A stretch of DNA of 6,744 nt, taken from the NCBI RefSeq assembly GCF_000143415.4, contig NW_003314342.1, positions 1-6,744 on the forward strand, given 5' to 3'. This DNA is from Selaginella moellendorffii. Lineage: Eukaryota; Plantae; Lycopodiophyta. Of this stretch, positions 6,280 through 6,744 are shown piece after piece. The notes below the pieces were generated by a model, which was not told the DNA's origin, did no database searches, and worked only from the letters and a program-made list of their open reading frames with translations. Every line of letters begins with the position of its first letter. Positions within the stretch are counted from its first letter, which is position 1. The position numbers and the translations under genes are program-made.

Positions 6280-6744
6280 CAACCAGCAGATGCACAAATC
6301 GTTGAGAATTAGCAACAAGTGTGTATCATAGGCTTAGTATGTAGTGTACTAGTGTACATGTACATGTGTTTCAGCTAAATATAATGGGCCAAATACACCG
6401 AAGAAGTGTGTATAAGAAGAGTAGAAACAAATTAAGAAATGTAAATTAAGAAGTGCAAAAGAGATGAAAATAAAAATTGTCCATCCTCATCAGTTTGCTG
6501 AAATTAAGTTGGATTCAATTCTTCCAGCTCCAAATATTGTGTGATTGAGTTGTAAGTTAATTAATAGTAGAAAATAAGAAAAAAAACAAACATTGAAAAA
6601 ATAGTGTTTGATAATATCTTCTTTGCTTTTAGTTTTTTATTTTCGAAAGAAAATTAGTGGGGGAGTGCTGGTAAAGATATCTTTGCCGTTCATTGGTGGT
6701 TAATTAAATGAGCATGTTTAGAGATGTTTATAAGAGTTTAGCTC

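Overview
Eukaryotic (land-plant nuclear) DNA. The window is dominated by one intronless + strand gene (ORF 1967-5596; first in-frame ATG 2003) for a PLS-class PPR protein with E1-E2 and a C-terminal DYW deaminase domain of the 'WW' subtype (PGRSWWTD, HSEK, CDDCH, CSC, ending NYF). It is therefore a candidate organellar C-to-U RNA-editing factor. About 2.2 kb of its PPR tract is a young tandem array of ~6.5 near-identical 333-bp S-P-long-L units. These units differ repeatedly at the base-specifying 5th/last residues and are mosaics of each other, like a TALE array. The WW-type DYW domain and long L motifs suggest an early-diverging land plant, hornwort-like (inference). Upstream, 1253-1502 is a GC-rich island that folds by hand into a compact multi-branch RNA with a GNRA tetraloop, a + strand G-U bias and a terminal T6 tract; I cannot assign it to a known family. 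The flanks hold degraded coding-like fragments on the minus strand, a patchwork-duplicated AT-rich promoter region and microsatellites.
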